From Octopus vulgaris (lineage: Eukaryota), in the NCBI GenBank assembly GCA_951406725.2, contig OX597816.1, positions 54,684,001-54,748,000 of the forward strand: a stretch of DNA of 64,000 nucleotides, given 5' to 3'. Below are positions 1 to 14,050 of this stretch, in pieces. Every line of letters begins with the position of its first letter. Position 1 is the first letter of the stretch. The notes below the pieces were generated by a model, which was given only the letters and a program-made list of their open reading frames with translations, made no database searches and was not told the DNA's origin. The translations under genes and the position numbers were made by a program.

Positions 1-349
1 TGCCATCCACTATTACCTCGGGCCAACTAAAGCGTTGTAAGCGGACTTAATAGACGGAAACTAAAAGAAGCCCGTCGTATACACACACACACACACATAT
101 ATATATGCATATATGTATGTATGCATGTATGCATGTACTTGTGTGTCTGTGTTTGTTCCCCCACCATTGCTTGTCAACAGATGTTGGTGTGTTTACAGCC
201 CCGTAACCTAGCGTCCTCGTAACCGATAGAATAAGTACTAGGCTTAGAAAGAATAAGTCCTGGGGTCGATTTGTTCGATAAAAGGCGGTGCTCCAGCATG
301 GCCGCATTGGAATGACTGAAACAATTGAAAAAATAAAAGAATAAAAGAA
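1..349 (+). mobile_element. tRNA-derived SINE family A, 5' end cut by window
   Basis: Matches the complete copy at 57822-58230: internal TA/TG microsatellite and tail GGCGGTGCTCCAGCATGGCCGCA...TGACTGAAACAA followed by AATAAAAG repeats. Confidence 0.85.
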
Positions 350-462
350 CATCAAGTCGGTTACATAACCTAGATATATTCAACAAGTATTTTGCACTGG
401 ATATGTGGTCAATTTGCAGCACTCAAAACATAAATACTACTCTACCTTACAAAACCACTACC

Positions 463-882
463 TATTTCTTTACTACCCACAAGGGGCTAAACACAGAGGG
501 GACAAACAAGGACAGACAAAGGGATTAAGTCGATTACATTGACCCCAGTGCGTAACTGGTACTTACTTTATCGACCCGGAAAGGATGAAAGGCAAAGTCA
601 ACCTCGGCGGAATTTGAACTCAGAACGTAGCGGCAGACGGAATACCTATTTCTTTATTACCCACAAGGGGCTAAACATAGAGGGGACACACAAGGACAGA
701 CATAGGTATTAAGTCGATTATATCGACCCCAATGCGTAACAGGTACTTAATTTATCGACCCCCAAAAGAATGAAAGGCAAAGTCGACCTCGGCGGAATTT
801 GAACTCACAACGTAACGGCAGACGAAATACCGCTAAGCATCACGCCCGGCGTGCTAACGTTTCTGCCAGCTCGTCGCCTTCC
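463..882 (-). mobile_element. SINE family B, tandem dimer with 15-bp TSD
   Basis: Two units (463-646, 647-882). Minus-strand tRNA-like head with GAGTTCAAATTCC B-box. TACAAAACCACTACC duplicated at 448-462 and 883-897. Confidence 0.85.
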
Positions 883-884
883 TA

Positions 885-1125
885 CAAAACCACTACCACC
901 ACTACCACCACCGCAAACATCACCGTCGCCGCCACCATCACTGTCAGCATTATCACCGCCACCATTACCACTGCCAACACTGCCACTGCCTTCTCTACGA
1001 ACGTCATCACCGTCACTACCTCAACAATTAGCGCCACCAGCACGAGAGAGCAGCAGGAGGGAGGAGGCAGGGAGTGCGAAAGAAAGGAAGGAGGAAAGAG
1101 GAAGAAAGTGGGGAGGGGGGACAGG
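885..1125. repeat. degenerate (ACC)n then purine-rich low complexity
   Basis: Directly visible; produces the Thr/Pro-rich pseudo-ORFs at 799 and 851. Confidence 0.8.
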
Positions 1126-1765
1126 GGTTCAAATGGGTGAAATACCAGCAGATATCAGTAAGAAGGTCGATTGACAATGAAATCTATCTATCAGCTATGT
1201 TTATCAGCATATACATATCTATTACATTCTTAATACACACACACACACACACGCACATGAAGGCGCGCATACGCGTACTCACATGCGCACACACTGATTG
1301 AGATAATCAGACAATCAATAAACAACCCAGATATAAAAGCCGTAAAATTTTGTGATACTCCGGTTTATTTTCAGGCCACAATACTCTCAATAAACTCCCA
1401 ATGAAAGCCTCTCAATGAAATGCTGCTTAGACTGTCTATAGCAATCTTTTCAAGTCGCATTGAACTCCTAACATCATATATCTCTTCTCTCTCTCTCTCT
1501 CTTTGTCTCTATGTCTCTCTGTCTCTTTGTCTACCTCTCTTTCTATTTTACTTCTTGTTCTGACTACAGATATGTAATGACAAATCACCATATTATGGGT
1601 TGTTCCACTTTGAAGTATTAAAACCGTCCTGATGTGGAATCACGAAACCGTTACTTTGCGGTGAGCGCATTTTAAATTCTAGTTCATTGAAACGGGGAAC
1701 AAAGCATATGTTTCGATTAATGGGTGAGTGGTATTATTTCCAAGTAGCGTACGGCACCAACAGAA

Positions 1766-2133
1766 GTGGAGGCGCAATGGCCCAGTGGTAAGGGCAGCGG
1801 ACTCGCGGTTTCGATTCCCAGACCGAGCGTTGTGTGTGTTTATTGAGCGAAAACACCTAAAGCTCCACGAGGCTCCGGTAGGGGGTGTTGGCGACCCCTG
1901 TTGTACTCTTTCACTCCAACTTTCTCTCACTCTTTCTTCCTGTTTCTTGTCCTCGACTTCCTACACAACCGCTGAGCCTGGATGCGCATTCATCCATCCG
2001 TCGATGCTCTCGGTGTCGGGGGTTGACCCGCTTTCTCTTCTGCGGGTCTTACGAATAGCAAAGGACCACGTTTCGGACTTCTCCCACGACACTCTGGGAC
2101 GAAGACCGCTTCGCTCAACAAACAAACAAACAT
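1766..2133 (+). mobile_element. SINE family C with tail type 1 ending (CAAA)n
   Basis: Head TGGAGGCGCAATGGCCCAGTGG...GGTTTCGATTCC shared with 3110 and 31578. Possible TSD CAACAGAA at 1758 and 2134. Confidence 0.8.
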
Positions 2134-2330
2134 CAACAGAAAGAGATGTTCGGGACATTCCCTGGTGCATCGATATGCATAAATACATCCATATATTTCA
2201 ACAGGTATGCATCTACTCATCTGTATTACGCACAAAACCATGCATAAATACATACATGAGTGTCTTTATGCCTAGTTATCAGTAAGCAACATACATATTT
2301 GTATGCATAGATCAAGATAAGTGCATATAT

Positions 2331-2573
2331 GAGTACACCGTCGGTAACGACGACGCGGGTCCCAGCTGATACGATCAACGGAACAGCTTGCTCGTGAAAT
2401 TAATGTGCAAGTGGCTGAGCACTTCAAAGACAAGTGTACTCTTAACGTAGTTCCCGGGGAGATTTAGCGTGACACAGAGTGTGACAAGGCTGGCCCTTTG
2501 TAGTACAGGTACAACTCATTTTTGCCAGCTGAGCGGATTGGAGCAACGTGAAGTAAAGTGTCTTGCCCAAGAG
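2331..2573 (-). mobile_element. 5'-truncated SINE, CORE-like middle plus tail type 3
   Basis: Tail aligns with 31200-31385; minus-strand TTGGGCAAGACACTT resembles the CORE-SINE domain. Confidence 0.7.
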
Positions 2574-3023
2574 TGCTGGGAAGTGGTTAGTACTAGGGTG
2601 TGTGTGGCGTGGTATGGAGTGGTCTGATGTGGAGTGGGGTGGAAATGTGGGTATGACGTGGGGATGCGGGAGTGGGGTTAGGAGTTTGATGTTGGGTGGA
2701 GTGTGGCTGGTAGAAGTATCAATGAGGACAGAAGGTTGGTAGGAGTGAAGAGAGGAAGTAGGTGTCAGATGAAGAGAGGAGGGTAGTTGAGTCCATGTGG
2801 TGCGAAGGAGCGAAGAGAGAAGATTAATTTCTGTTCACTGCGAAGACAATCCGAACACTGCAAAGACAATCCGATCACAGACAGGTGTTGTAGTGAATGA
2901 CCAGTAGAGCGGGAATGGCGCGGGACTGGGGTGCTATTGCCGAGTCTGATATCTCGGAGATGCTCCGCGAACCAGTCATCCAAGCGGCGTCCTCTTTGAT
3001 CGATGTACAGAGCAGGAGATGCA

Positions 3024-3024
<1 letters not shown>
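2574..3024 (-). mobile_element. Penelope-like element 3' fragment (GIY-YIG C-terminus plus C-rich 3' region)
   Basis: LYIDQRGRRLDDWFAEHLRDIR...PVPRH..TGHS...EQKLIFSL....PHGLN resembles the PLE GIY-YIG endonuclease end. Confidence 0.8.
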
Positions 3025-3069
<45 letters not shown>

Positions 3070-3109
3070 GTGTATATATATGCATATATGTATATATATA
3101 TATATATAT

Positions 3110-3413
3110 GTGGAGGCGCAATGGCCCAGTGGTTAGGGCAGCGGACTCGCGGTCGTAGGATCGCGGTTTCGATTCCCAGACCGGGCATTGTGAGTGTTTA
3201 TTGAGCGAAAACACCTAAGGCTCCACGAGGCTCCGGCAGAGGGTGGTGGAGATACCTGCTGTACTCTTTCGCCACAACTTTCTCTGTTGGCCTGCTCGTT
3301 TAGCCAGCGGGGTGGCGTCATTTGAAGGCTAAAAAACAATGCGAAGCGCATTGTGACCAGCGACGTGTAGCAACATCTGATAGCCTGGTCGGTACGGTCA
3401 CGGTCACGGTGAT
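3110..3413 (+). mobile_element. SINE family C with RTE-like tail type 2
   Basis: Full A/B-box head; tail ends GACCAG...CTGGTCGGTACGGTCACGGTCACGGT. Confidence 0.8.
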
Positions 3414-3416
3414 TTG

Positions 3417-3448
<32 letters not shown>

Positions 3449-3870
3449 CGCATGTGTGTATGAAAGTCCACATGCATGTGAGTGTGCTTTGAGAGAATGA
3501 TGCAAACGCAGGCAAGATTAAAGACACGGAGTCGTTCTGCTTTTGTCCCTCTCACCATCACATATGCTACAAACCGTTGCTGAACAGGATGAAAGCCAGT
3601 CACCATCGGAGACAATAATAAAATGCAGTCACCATCGGAGACATATCTCTACAGTTTGCCGTATGAGAATTCGCAAATAATAAATTGAAACAGAAATATC
3701 TGTACCTCTGTTTTCTTTTCTTTTTTTTTTTATTGTATTATACAAACACTATCTCATGTTCCCTCTCTATCCCGCTGTAATTTTGTTTAACCTGTCGTGT
3801 ATGTGTAATAGATATATTTACTTATAGAGAAATACAAATATATACGCATGAACCATACCTGAATACATGC

Positions 3871-3902
<32 letters not shown>

Positions 3903-4599
3903 CGGTAATACACATAGATACGTATCCACATACGCATACATAGACATATTTTTTTATGATCTGCATATGCATAGTCACATGCATTTTATAAACATAAAAG
4001 TACCTCTATACACAGATGTTCAGATTAATTCAGACTCCTATCTGTTTTGTAGCGATCCAATTGATAAATAAGCCAGTGATTTAGGAGTCAATAATATGTT
4101 TTGTCAGTTCAATAGTTAACATTGACAAAGGACTGTTTAAGCAGTTGCTTTTCCTCTTCACAGAGACACAGCTTCCCGCGTAACTTTCATCTTTATAGAA
4201 CTCGTGTATGTGAAATATTTTATATCGTTCCTGCATATCGTCATTGGAAGGAAAATGATAGATGTATATTAAGTATTTTTGTTTCATATTTTTATTAACA
4301 CAGGTACACACGCACACATATGCACACACATACAAACACGCACACAAACGCACGCATACGAATACACACGCGCGTACATACACATATAAACACGCGTATA
4401 CACACATTTCTATACGAATGAATGATCTTTGACGGCTGTTATGGATGCTCTAAATACCTGTACCCAAAAGTTTTCTGCTCAAGGTGTCGTCTGAGCTAAA
4501 GTGTTTTTGAAGGAGTAGCGGTTGTCTAAGAACGCAACTATTCCTTCTCTAGTCTATCGATAGCATCCAATGGAAATGGCAAAGTGGACACAACTTGGC

Positions 4600-5100
4600 G
4601 CTAGCACCCTCACTGTTATTATCTTGAAAATACCAAGAGACGTAAGAGATATCACGGCCTCCTGTATGACACTTTACTGACTCTGACAATTGCTTCTAGA
4701 CTGAAAATATATTTAACGACCTGGACAGGTTGAAAGACAGATCGAGCCCCTGCTCAGTTATACTAATGACTGATAGATAATGCCATTTAATAAGTGTCTC
4801 AGAAAAATTAAGATATGCTTTGTCGGATCCATGTTTGATTTGGAACATACAAATTGATTCTGATTATTGAAAAATAATCTCAATATCCCCTGCAATAGAG
4901 ACTTTCGGAGGGATTTTTCTCTATTTCAGCATGACAACAGTTTGTTTTTCTGCAGTATGGAAATGTGTTTATTAAGCTCCATTCCCATAACCAGGTCACT
5001 TAAAAACTAATTCTTCCTTGCCGACTACATTGGCCATAATATAATTCAGGCCGATTAGAATAAAGATTTAGTTGATTTAGTCGGCCTGGGATAGCATCTA
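4600..5100 (+). mobile_element. possible highly decayed Tc1-like transposase relic
   Basis: Only an FQHDN motif at ~4925 and a weak GSM-like motif upstream. Confidence 0.25.
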
Positions 5101-7000
5101 CTTTAATTCCTAAAGAAGGTACAGTTCAGTAGTGAACATCTGCGGATGAAATAATTATTCGAGTGTTTGTTTTTATTGGAATAATTAGATGATGATCTGT
5201 TTCTAAGAGGCGAAATGAACCTTATCTATATCAAGTGTTCACAGTACCGCTCCGCTATTAAAACAGCTGAGATGTGAGATGTCACAGGAACTGCTAGATG
5301 CTCAGTAAATAAATATTCACTGCTTTTCGTTATATAATATTATTTAAAATTCATTCCCTTTCTCTATTTTGAATAGAAGTTGAGCGTAGACACAACAACT
5401 TTCTATTTACAAATAGGCTGCTGCCAATGAGTAAAGCCATCTATCGGGCGAATTAAGTTGTACTTCGTAAAATCCATGATTGTCTAACTTGTCTCAGCCA
5501 TACGGACACAACACGTATATATATAAATATATGAGTGTGTGTGTGTGTGCGTGCGTACGTGCGTGTGTATGTGTACGTGAGTGTATGTGTGTGTGTGTGT
5601 GTGTGTGCGTGCGTATGTGTGAGTAATAATAATTTTATTGGTGTATGTAACTCACTCGTTTACTGTATTAAGCTCATCTCTCTGACAAAGCTGTAAGCTG
5701 AAAATCGTTTGTCTATCACAGAAATATTTGAAAGTTCACAAGTCTCCATAAAATGTAGAAAGGATGGAATGAACAAGTCAATTTACTACTTCAAAGTACA
5801 ATTGTTTCGCCTTAATTCAAAGAAATTAATCTCGCAGTATCATGTTACGATTTATGCAACTGCTGATAACTTTCCATATGCCATTCTGTTTAACCCGAAT
5901 AAGATTCTTTAGAATTGCATAAAAGATGACAAACTGAACGAACTTAAAGGTTATGGAATATATAAATTTCGATTTAGCGTGTTCACATGATCAGATTTAC
6001 ATAATACAAACAAATCAGTACCAAGAATTTAATTGCTCAAAGAAAACATTTTTTAGTACAGGTGCGATAATTATCAATTGGTTGCCAAGTCTGATACCGG
6101 CAACAAAATTTAATAACACATTTTTTGTAAAGGTTCAAATGACCCTATAAGTTGCATTCCGTTATTAAACATTGATAAAATAATATAAATCCAGTTTTCA
6201 GTAAGAAAATTTGAGAGAGCTCAATTTATTTACAGAAATTAAAGGCTATTTTTATGAAATCATCAGCAGATTTGCACACAAGCCTCGTTCTCACCCATCT
6301 CTATAGCGTGGACTTTGCTTTAGAAGTCAGATTTTCTCAATCTGTTCGCTAAACTGCCATGTCTCCACCTTGTAGATAAATACTTCCTACATTCTGTTCT
6401 TATATAAATTTGTCTAAAACCAACAAATATATTCAACAAAAAGAAAAAAAAACTGTTGATAGATATCCTACGAATGTTCGGCTTTTAAGAATATGCTTTG
6501 AAGTAGAGTTGATCCTCGTGCAGATCTTCAAGAGTGCTTCATGAAGTCTGTTTTGTTTAAGTATTTAGGCAAGTTTCTGGTCTAAAATTACATTGCTCCT
6601 CCCTCACGTTGACAGTATTTGAAAGATGAGTGCCACCACCATTCTATCTCTGACTCAGAAAATATCTTAATGTCTTGAATTCAGCAGATTTATTTAATCG
6701 ACTGGCTTTCATTAAACAAAATTGTGTTGAAAAAAAACTGAGGTCATGTTAGTGCTATCTTAACGTAATGAGGAATAATTTAATTAACTAAGAATAATTA
6801 ATAATGCAGAGAAAAATACCAATATTAATTTAGCCTGATAAATAAATGATATCTGCTATTATTGAACTCGTGATTTGTCTTTTTCACAGAATTTAGGGTC
6901 CCATAACGATAGAGGTGGAAATATGTAAGGTTTTACTGTGAATGCCTTTTTCAAGATGTGGCAATTGTTCTACCAATGCCAGATGATTACATCTTCGACG

Positions 7001-7046
<46 letters not shown>

Positions 7047-8721
7047 ACACACAAAGACACTTGTATGTGTGCTTGTAATTGTGTGTGTTTGTGTGTGAAT
7101 AGCGTCAATGTGTCATCGGGAAGTGAGACGGTGTCGATGACTAAACAAGAAGTCAATGGTTCATATACACATCGAAAACACGTCACTCTCGCTGACCCAG
7201 TACACCTGACCGTTAGTAGCTACACCCAGTTGTATTGCCTTACCACATCAAACACATTCTCTATCATTTCACTTTGAACAATTGTTGAAATGGTCTGCAG
7301 TAACATGTAAAATCATTTTGAAAGGGGAAAGGTACAGTGAATTGCTTAGCAACTCAAATACTCAGCACGGTGAGGTCACCGAGGCAAATAAACTCTAGAT
7401 CACATGACTGCGTGCTTCTTAAAGTGTTGTCTTACAGAGGTCAAAAGGACTGGAATATATGACGCAGTGCATTTGAAAGTATGTTGCTGTAGCAGAGTAA
7501 TCAACAACATCGGAAAATGTGCCTTGAAGAATATGGCTGTGTCTACTTGAAATCTGTTAGTAAGGTAATATAATACATCAATCAGAGCGAATGCCATACA
7601 GAAAACGATAATTTCCTGAGTAATTGACTTAATGCTTATGGTCCAATTCCAAACTACTGAAGGTCTAAAAGACAGATCAGCTTTCCGTTTATTTAAACCC
7701 TACACTTCGGAGTGCAGATGTTGCTATGCCGTAATGAAATTCATAATGAAACCACAGTGTCCGCAGTTCGATCCCGCTGCAAGGTACGACATATATACGT
7801 CATCGCCATGGTTCGGCGAAATCATTGTGAATGGAATTCTGTCCATGGTATCTTGTCGAAAGAATGTAACCCATCCCTCGATTTAGTACGTCCATCACGG
7901 GTCCCTTTAACAATATGGAAACCACTTAATTGTTTTCTACCCTGATAAATGCTTCCTTATCGCATCTTCATTAATCCAAAGAAAAGAAAACAAAATTGAT
8001 ACCGTAAGAAAGCACAAACGTAAACACAAACGTTCATTGTTTGGATACTTTACAATCATTTTTTAATTGTGGTTTTACACCAAGCTTTCTTTTCCTATTA
8101 TTTTCTCATCTTCTTTCATTTAAATAGTTCATTCTTCCAAAATTTAATGATTCTGTGCAAGCTCTATAATTAAGATAAACCATTTATTTCTAAAGAGTTT
8201 ATATTTTCTTTTTAATTTCCAAGTTCTGCAAAGTATTAATAAACGGTTGTTTTTTTGACTGACTTCTTTGCTTTGAGAGAAATTTATCTATTATGTTCTT
8301 GATAGTGGAAAATTTAATTAAAATTCACCACTCTTCGCTCTCACTTATAATTTACAGAGACTCTTCAATACATACGTCTCTGTATAAATATATTTATATT
8401 GTATATTTATCATTGGAATTAGATTAGTTTTTATGGCCAAATTAAGATTGGACATTAAATATTTGTTTAGAATTTCAAGCGGAGTGTTTTTGTGCAGTTA
8501 TACAATGCCAATATTGACGTCAATAAGACCTTGCAACTTACTGTAATTGCTGCACAAAAAAGTGAATTAATGATGCAGTGTAAATTACACGAAAATTACA
8601 ACAATGACAATGTGTTCGATTCTGACGGAGGATCTTAATTTGGTAAACATGCAATTATAAGTGTGTATCTCTATATAATTATAACCAACATATGATATCT
8701 CCAGTAAAGTATCAAATCATC

Positions 8722-9075
8722 GGAAGAGAGAGAAAGAAAGAGAGAGAGGAAAAGAGAGAAAGAGGAAGAAAGAGGAACATAAAGAGAGAGGAAGAGAGAG
8801 AGAGAAATAGAGAGAGAGAGAAAGAAAAAGAGAGAGAAGAAGAGAGAGAAAGAGGAAGAGATGAACATAAAGAGAGAGATGAAAGGAGAGAGAGGAAGAG
8901 AGAGAAAGAGGAAGAGAGAGAGAGAAACTTTAAAAAATACGGAGAGAGTCAATATGAAATGCAGGACTAGCACACATAACAGGCTTTGTGGACAATAAAG
9001 GAAAACCACAAACACACACACACACACCACACACACACACACACACACATACACACACACATACGCACACACAAA
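8722..9075. repeat. (GA)-rich and (CA)n microsatellites
   Basis: Directly visible. Confidence 0.9.
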
Positions 9076-9253
9076 GAATCACAGAGATAAAGCAAGAGGG
9101 GAGGGAGTCAATAACAGTATTTATTTTATGCAAAAGAGAAATTTGTCTTATCGAATTTTATTTTAAGGTAGCAAATAGTTTTCTTCGCTTGGAAAATAGT
9201 GTTCATAGCATCACCCGGTATAAGTTCCCAGGAACTTGTTAAATTATAATTAA

Positions 9254-9768
9254 CTAGCAGTATCGCCCGGCGTTGCTCGGGTTTGTAAGGGAAATAACTA
9301 TATAAGCATTTTTAGAGAGTTACTTCCCTTATAGATGCCAATTCGGGCTTTCTTAGCCATTTCTGTTTTGGTGTCTTCAAGCCATGAAGTCGTTGTTCTA
9401 AAAGAACGCTAGTCTCCTTGACAACGCATTACGACGTTGATTTCTTTACACTCCCTTCCCCACAGCTTCACGGGGGAGGGAAGAAGGGGGAGAAGCAAAC
9501 ACAGGTGCAGGTGTGAGCGTGGACGCCAACTCCGCCGCCATCGACAAACGAAAAATTATGCATTAAAATGGAATAAAAAATGATGTTAAATTATTTTTAA
9601 AATCGTAGACTCATCGTAGACGCGCGCTAATACTCAGACGGGCTCGATATGAATCACGTCTATAAGATACCCGAATTTGGTTAAACTGCACCGCAAAATG
9701 TGGGAGTAGTTAGGAATCTAAATCGAAGGGGACAGACACTCACACAACTACAGTTTTATATATATAGA
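9254..9768 (-). mobile_element. non-autonomous Helitron
   Basis: Minus strand starts TC(TATATATAT), ends with hairpin CCCGAGCAACGCCGGG then CTAG, and sits between A and T with no TSD. Confidence 0.85.
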
Positions 9769-11028
9769 TGTGTCTGTCTGTCATATTATCCATGACTGTG
9801 GAAGTATACTTTCAAGTGTAGCCGTCACGTGACGGGTAACACTCAAGTCAGCTCATATGTTTTAAAGTACTCAATCTAGTGGGCGATAATTATCAATTTT
9901 ATACACAACCGAAAGAGCTAATGATGGTTTCCTGATTCATGATAGTTTAATAAGGCATATTTGTAAAATACATCATGTATCTCCAAGTAATCTTTCAGGG
10001 CCTGTTTATGCGTTAAATATATTTTTAAAACGAAGGACGCTGGACAGTGAGCAGTTTCTCAATTACCAAACCGATTTCGGCATTTATTTTGTTTACCAAT
10101 GGTAAAAAATAAATAATTAAGGGGATTAGGAGAGTTCAAATTTACAAGGGTAAATTCGGAAAAACATATTTAAACGATCAAATGTTCAGATATTCATAGA
10201 AATTTCAATGAGTTTCAAAGAAATAGACATCATTAACTGTTTAAATGTTCGATGACAATCAAAGCAAGTATACACGGTTGAAATTTCAGTGATATTGAAT
10301 TTTCATAAATAAAAGGGACAGAAATAAAGAGAAAGAAAAGAAGCTTTTTTTTACAATTTCTGTCGTAGTCAATATAAAAGCCCTACGTTCATTTCTGTCA
10401 TAGTACATGAAGTTCTTCCTCGTTGGTCACTGGTTTAGATTTCAAAATGTTTTAAGTTGGAATTTTTTAGAATATATAAATGTTTTTACTGGAAAAAATC
10501 AAATTTTGATTCTTGGTAAATTTGTTGACGTCATTTCTTTTCTCGTGGATGTTTTGGTCAAATATTTTTGTTTTGTCAAAATCCTGCGCTCTTGTTTGTT
10601 GACTTCCTGGTAACGTCATTTGTTTATCTAACGTTTTCATTTCTTGTTGACCATTAGAGGTCCACTGCTCTGTTCACTTGCTGATTTATTTTCTGCTTGC
10701 GTTGATTTATTGTTGTCAAAGGACTTGTTAACCCGTTTAAGTGTTCCGGTTGGTTGGTTCCCGTATACATAACTGTTTGTAAACCTGGTTTCGTATTTGA
10801 ATAAATCTATTACAAATTTTAAAACGACTACGAGTTTTGAGATTCAGAAGCATTTTCAAACCCCGAAACAAATTCTCCTACATTCGTTACTGCGTGGGAA
10901 TATACACTTCTTCTCCCCATATATATATATATATATATATATGTAGGTCCCGGGTTGATTCGGGGTTAACCACAGTAAATAAGGTACTCAAAACATAGCA
11001 GAGTAAAATTAATTTATTATATAGAAGG

Positions 11029-11079
11029 AGCTTCTACAGGACTAGAACTGTTTCATTCAAGAGAAATCTTCAGGAAGCT
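11029..11079 (-). ncRNA. type I hammerhead ribozyme in pLTR
   Basis: Reverse complement of 17413-17463. Confidence 0.8.
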
Positions 11080-11701
11080 AGTTAACAAGAATTGTATTGG
11101 CATTTATACATTTAGGCAGGTTTAAAGGGGTGTTGGTGGGGGACTTTTTGGGGGTAGGCATAGCGCAAAATATCATACTTGGGGGAGTGGTCAAGGAGTC
11201 AGAGTTAAATTAGATAGAAGAATAAATAAAAAATAAAAAATTAAAAAATAAAAAATATATATATATATATATATATATAAAAAAAGGGGGATAGAGTTTT
11301 AGGTAAATTCTCACTTATACCTATGCACATATGTATACATATATACACACGCATACAAACATATACATATACATACACACATACATACACACACATATAT
11401 ATATATATACATATATATACACTTACACATACATATACATATCTACACATACACATATATGTATACATACACACACTCACATGCATACACGTATACACAC
11501 ATGTATATATACACACACACGACCACACATACATATACACACAGAAAAATATATATACACATACACACACATACTCACATACACGCATACACACACAAAT
11601 CCACACACACACATGCACACCCAGCACACTAGTCCCTATATACACATATATACACATACACACATATATATATATATACATACACACACATACATATACA
11701 T

Positions 11702-11770
<69 letters not shown>

Positions 11771-12174
11771 CGTGTACCTATGCATATCTACACATACACA
11801 CATATATATATACACATACAAATACAGACCCATTCCCTAATTTTAATTTTATTATCTTCGTTTATTACTTTTGTTATCTTTGGCCGCTTGGTCACAAACA
11901 TCTTGGCTATGACAGCCAGTCCATTTATCTGTCTACTGGAAAACAAGCACTCATTCACTCACGCACACTCTATAGCACGTACACTCACTCATTCGTACAC
12001 TCATACACATACACGCACGCACGCGTTATATTCACATACATCTACATACATTCACGTATATACACATACGTACGCGTACCTACAGATTCATGTCTACACT
12101 CTTAGAAGGCTAGTCTATACATATACACCAATAAATATAAATACACACACATACACGTACACCTACATACAAAT

Positions 12175-12244
<70 letters not shown>

Positions 12245-12464
12245 TCACATATATATACAAATATATACATACACACACATACATACACATATATACACAT
12301 ATACACACATATACACATATATACACACATACACATACATACATATACACACATACACATACATACGTATACATACATACATACATCCATACATCCATAC
12401 ATACATACATTTATACACATACACACACCCACATACATACATATATATACGCGCATATATATAT

Positions 12465-12515
<51 letters not shown>

Positions 12516-12919
12516 CATATATACATATATATTCATACACACACATACACATACATACATACATATACAAATATACGCACACACATACATACATACTCAT
12601 ATACTCATACACACACATACACATGTACATGCGACCCTTACACGCACACACACACGCGCGCGTCCATATATACACATAAGTACACCCATGCGTAAGAGTA
12701 TACATATATCTATGCTTACACATACACACACACACACGCGCCTCCTTATATTCATACTTACATGCATACTCAAAAAATAAGTAAATAGTAAAATATATAT
12801 ACGCGCAGTTATTCATACATGCATACTCAAAAAATAAATAATAAATAATAAATATTAAGTATATGTACGTGCAGTTACCTATTATATAGACGGATACATA
12901 CATATAAACTTACACACAT

Positions 12920-12982
<63 letters not shown>

Positions 12983-13059
12983 TATACATACATATATACA
13001 CATATATATACACATACACACATACATACATATATATATATATACACACACACACACAT

Positions 13060-13090
<31 letters not shown>

Positions 13091-13279
13091 CATACTTACA
13101 CATGTACATATAAATACACACATAGATAACTCTACGTACCTACATATACATAAACACACGAGCGTACGCGTATATGTACATATACACATACACATACACA
13201 CGCATATATATACATACATACATACACATACACACATGTGTATACACATACACACACATACACATATATATACATACAC

Positions 13280-13328
<49 letters not shown>

Positions 13329-13497
13329 TATATACATACATATATATATATACACATACACATACACACACATATATACATGTGTGCAAACATACATACA
13401 TTCTCATACAAGCACACTCACTTACATTTACATATATACACACACTTACACACATATATATACATACACATGTACATACATACATACATTCATAAAT

Positions 13498-13570
<73 letters not shown>

Positions 13571-13654
13571 CATACATACATACACAAACACATACCCATA
13601 CATATATATACACACATATATATACACATGCACATACTTATATCTCTACATACT

Positions 13655-13696
<42 letters not shown>

Positions 13697-13952
13697 CATA
13701 TACACACACACATACATATACCTATATACATGCATATATACACATACATATATATACACATCTACAATTTGTATCTACACTCACATACCTGCACATACAC
13801 ATAACTCTACATACCTACAAATACATCGCCATACTCGCGTACACTCATATATATACACATATATACATATACACACACACATACATATACATATACATAT
13901 ACATATATATAAACATATACACACACAATACACATATACACACACACATACA

Positions 13953-13984
<32 letters not shown>

Positions 13985-13999
13985 CATACATACACACAC

Positions 14000-14050
<51 letters not shown>

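Noticed and set aside
1728-2285. 185-aa ORF as a gene
   Set aside because: Runs through a SINE; no domain motifs.
3110-3185. tRNA genes at SINE heads (also 800-880 and 58155-58230)
   Set aside because: A/B boxes are present, but they run into SINE bodies and I could not fold convincing cloverleafs.
10360-10885. Solo LTR
   Set aside because: TATA-like and ...CTACA end seen, but no matching 5' TG end, TSD or clear PBS.
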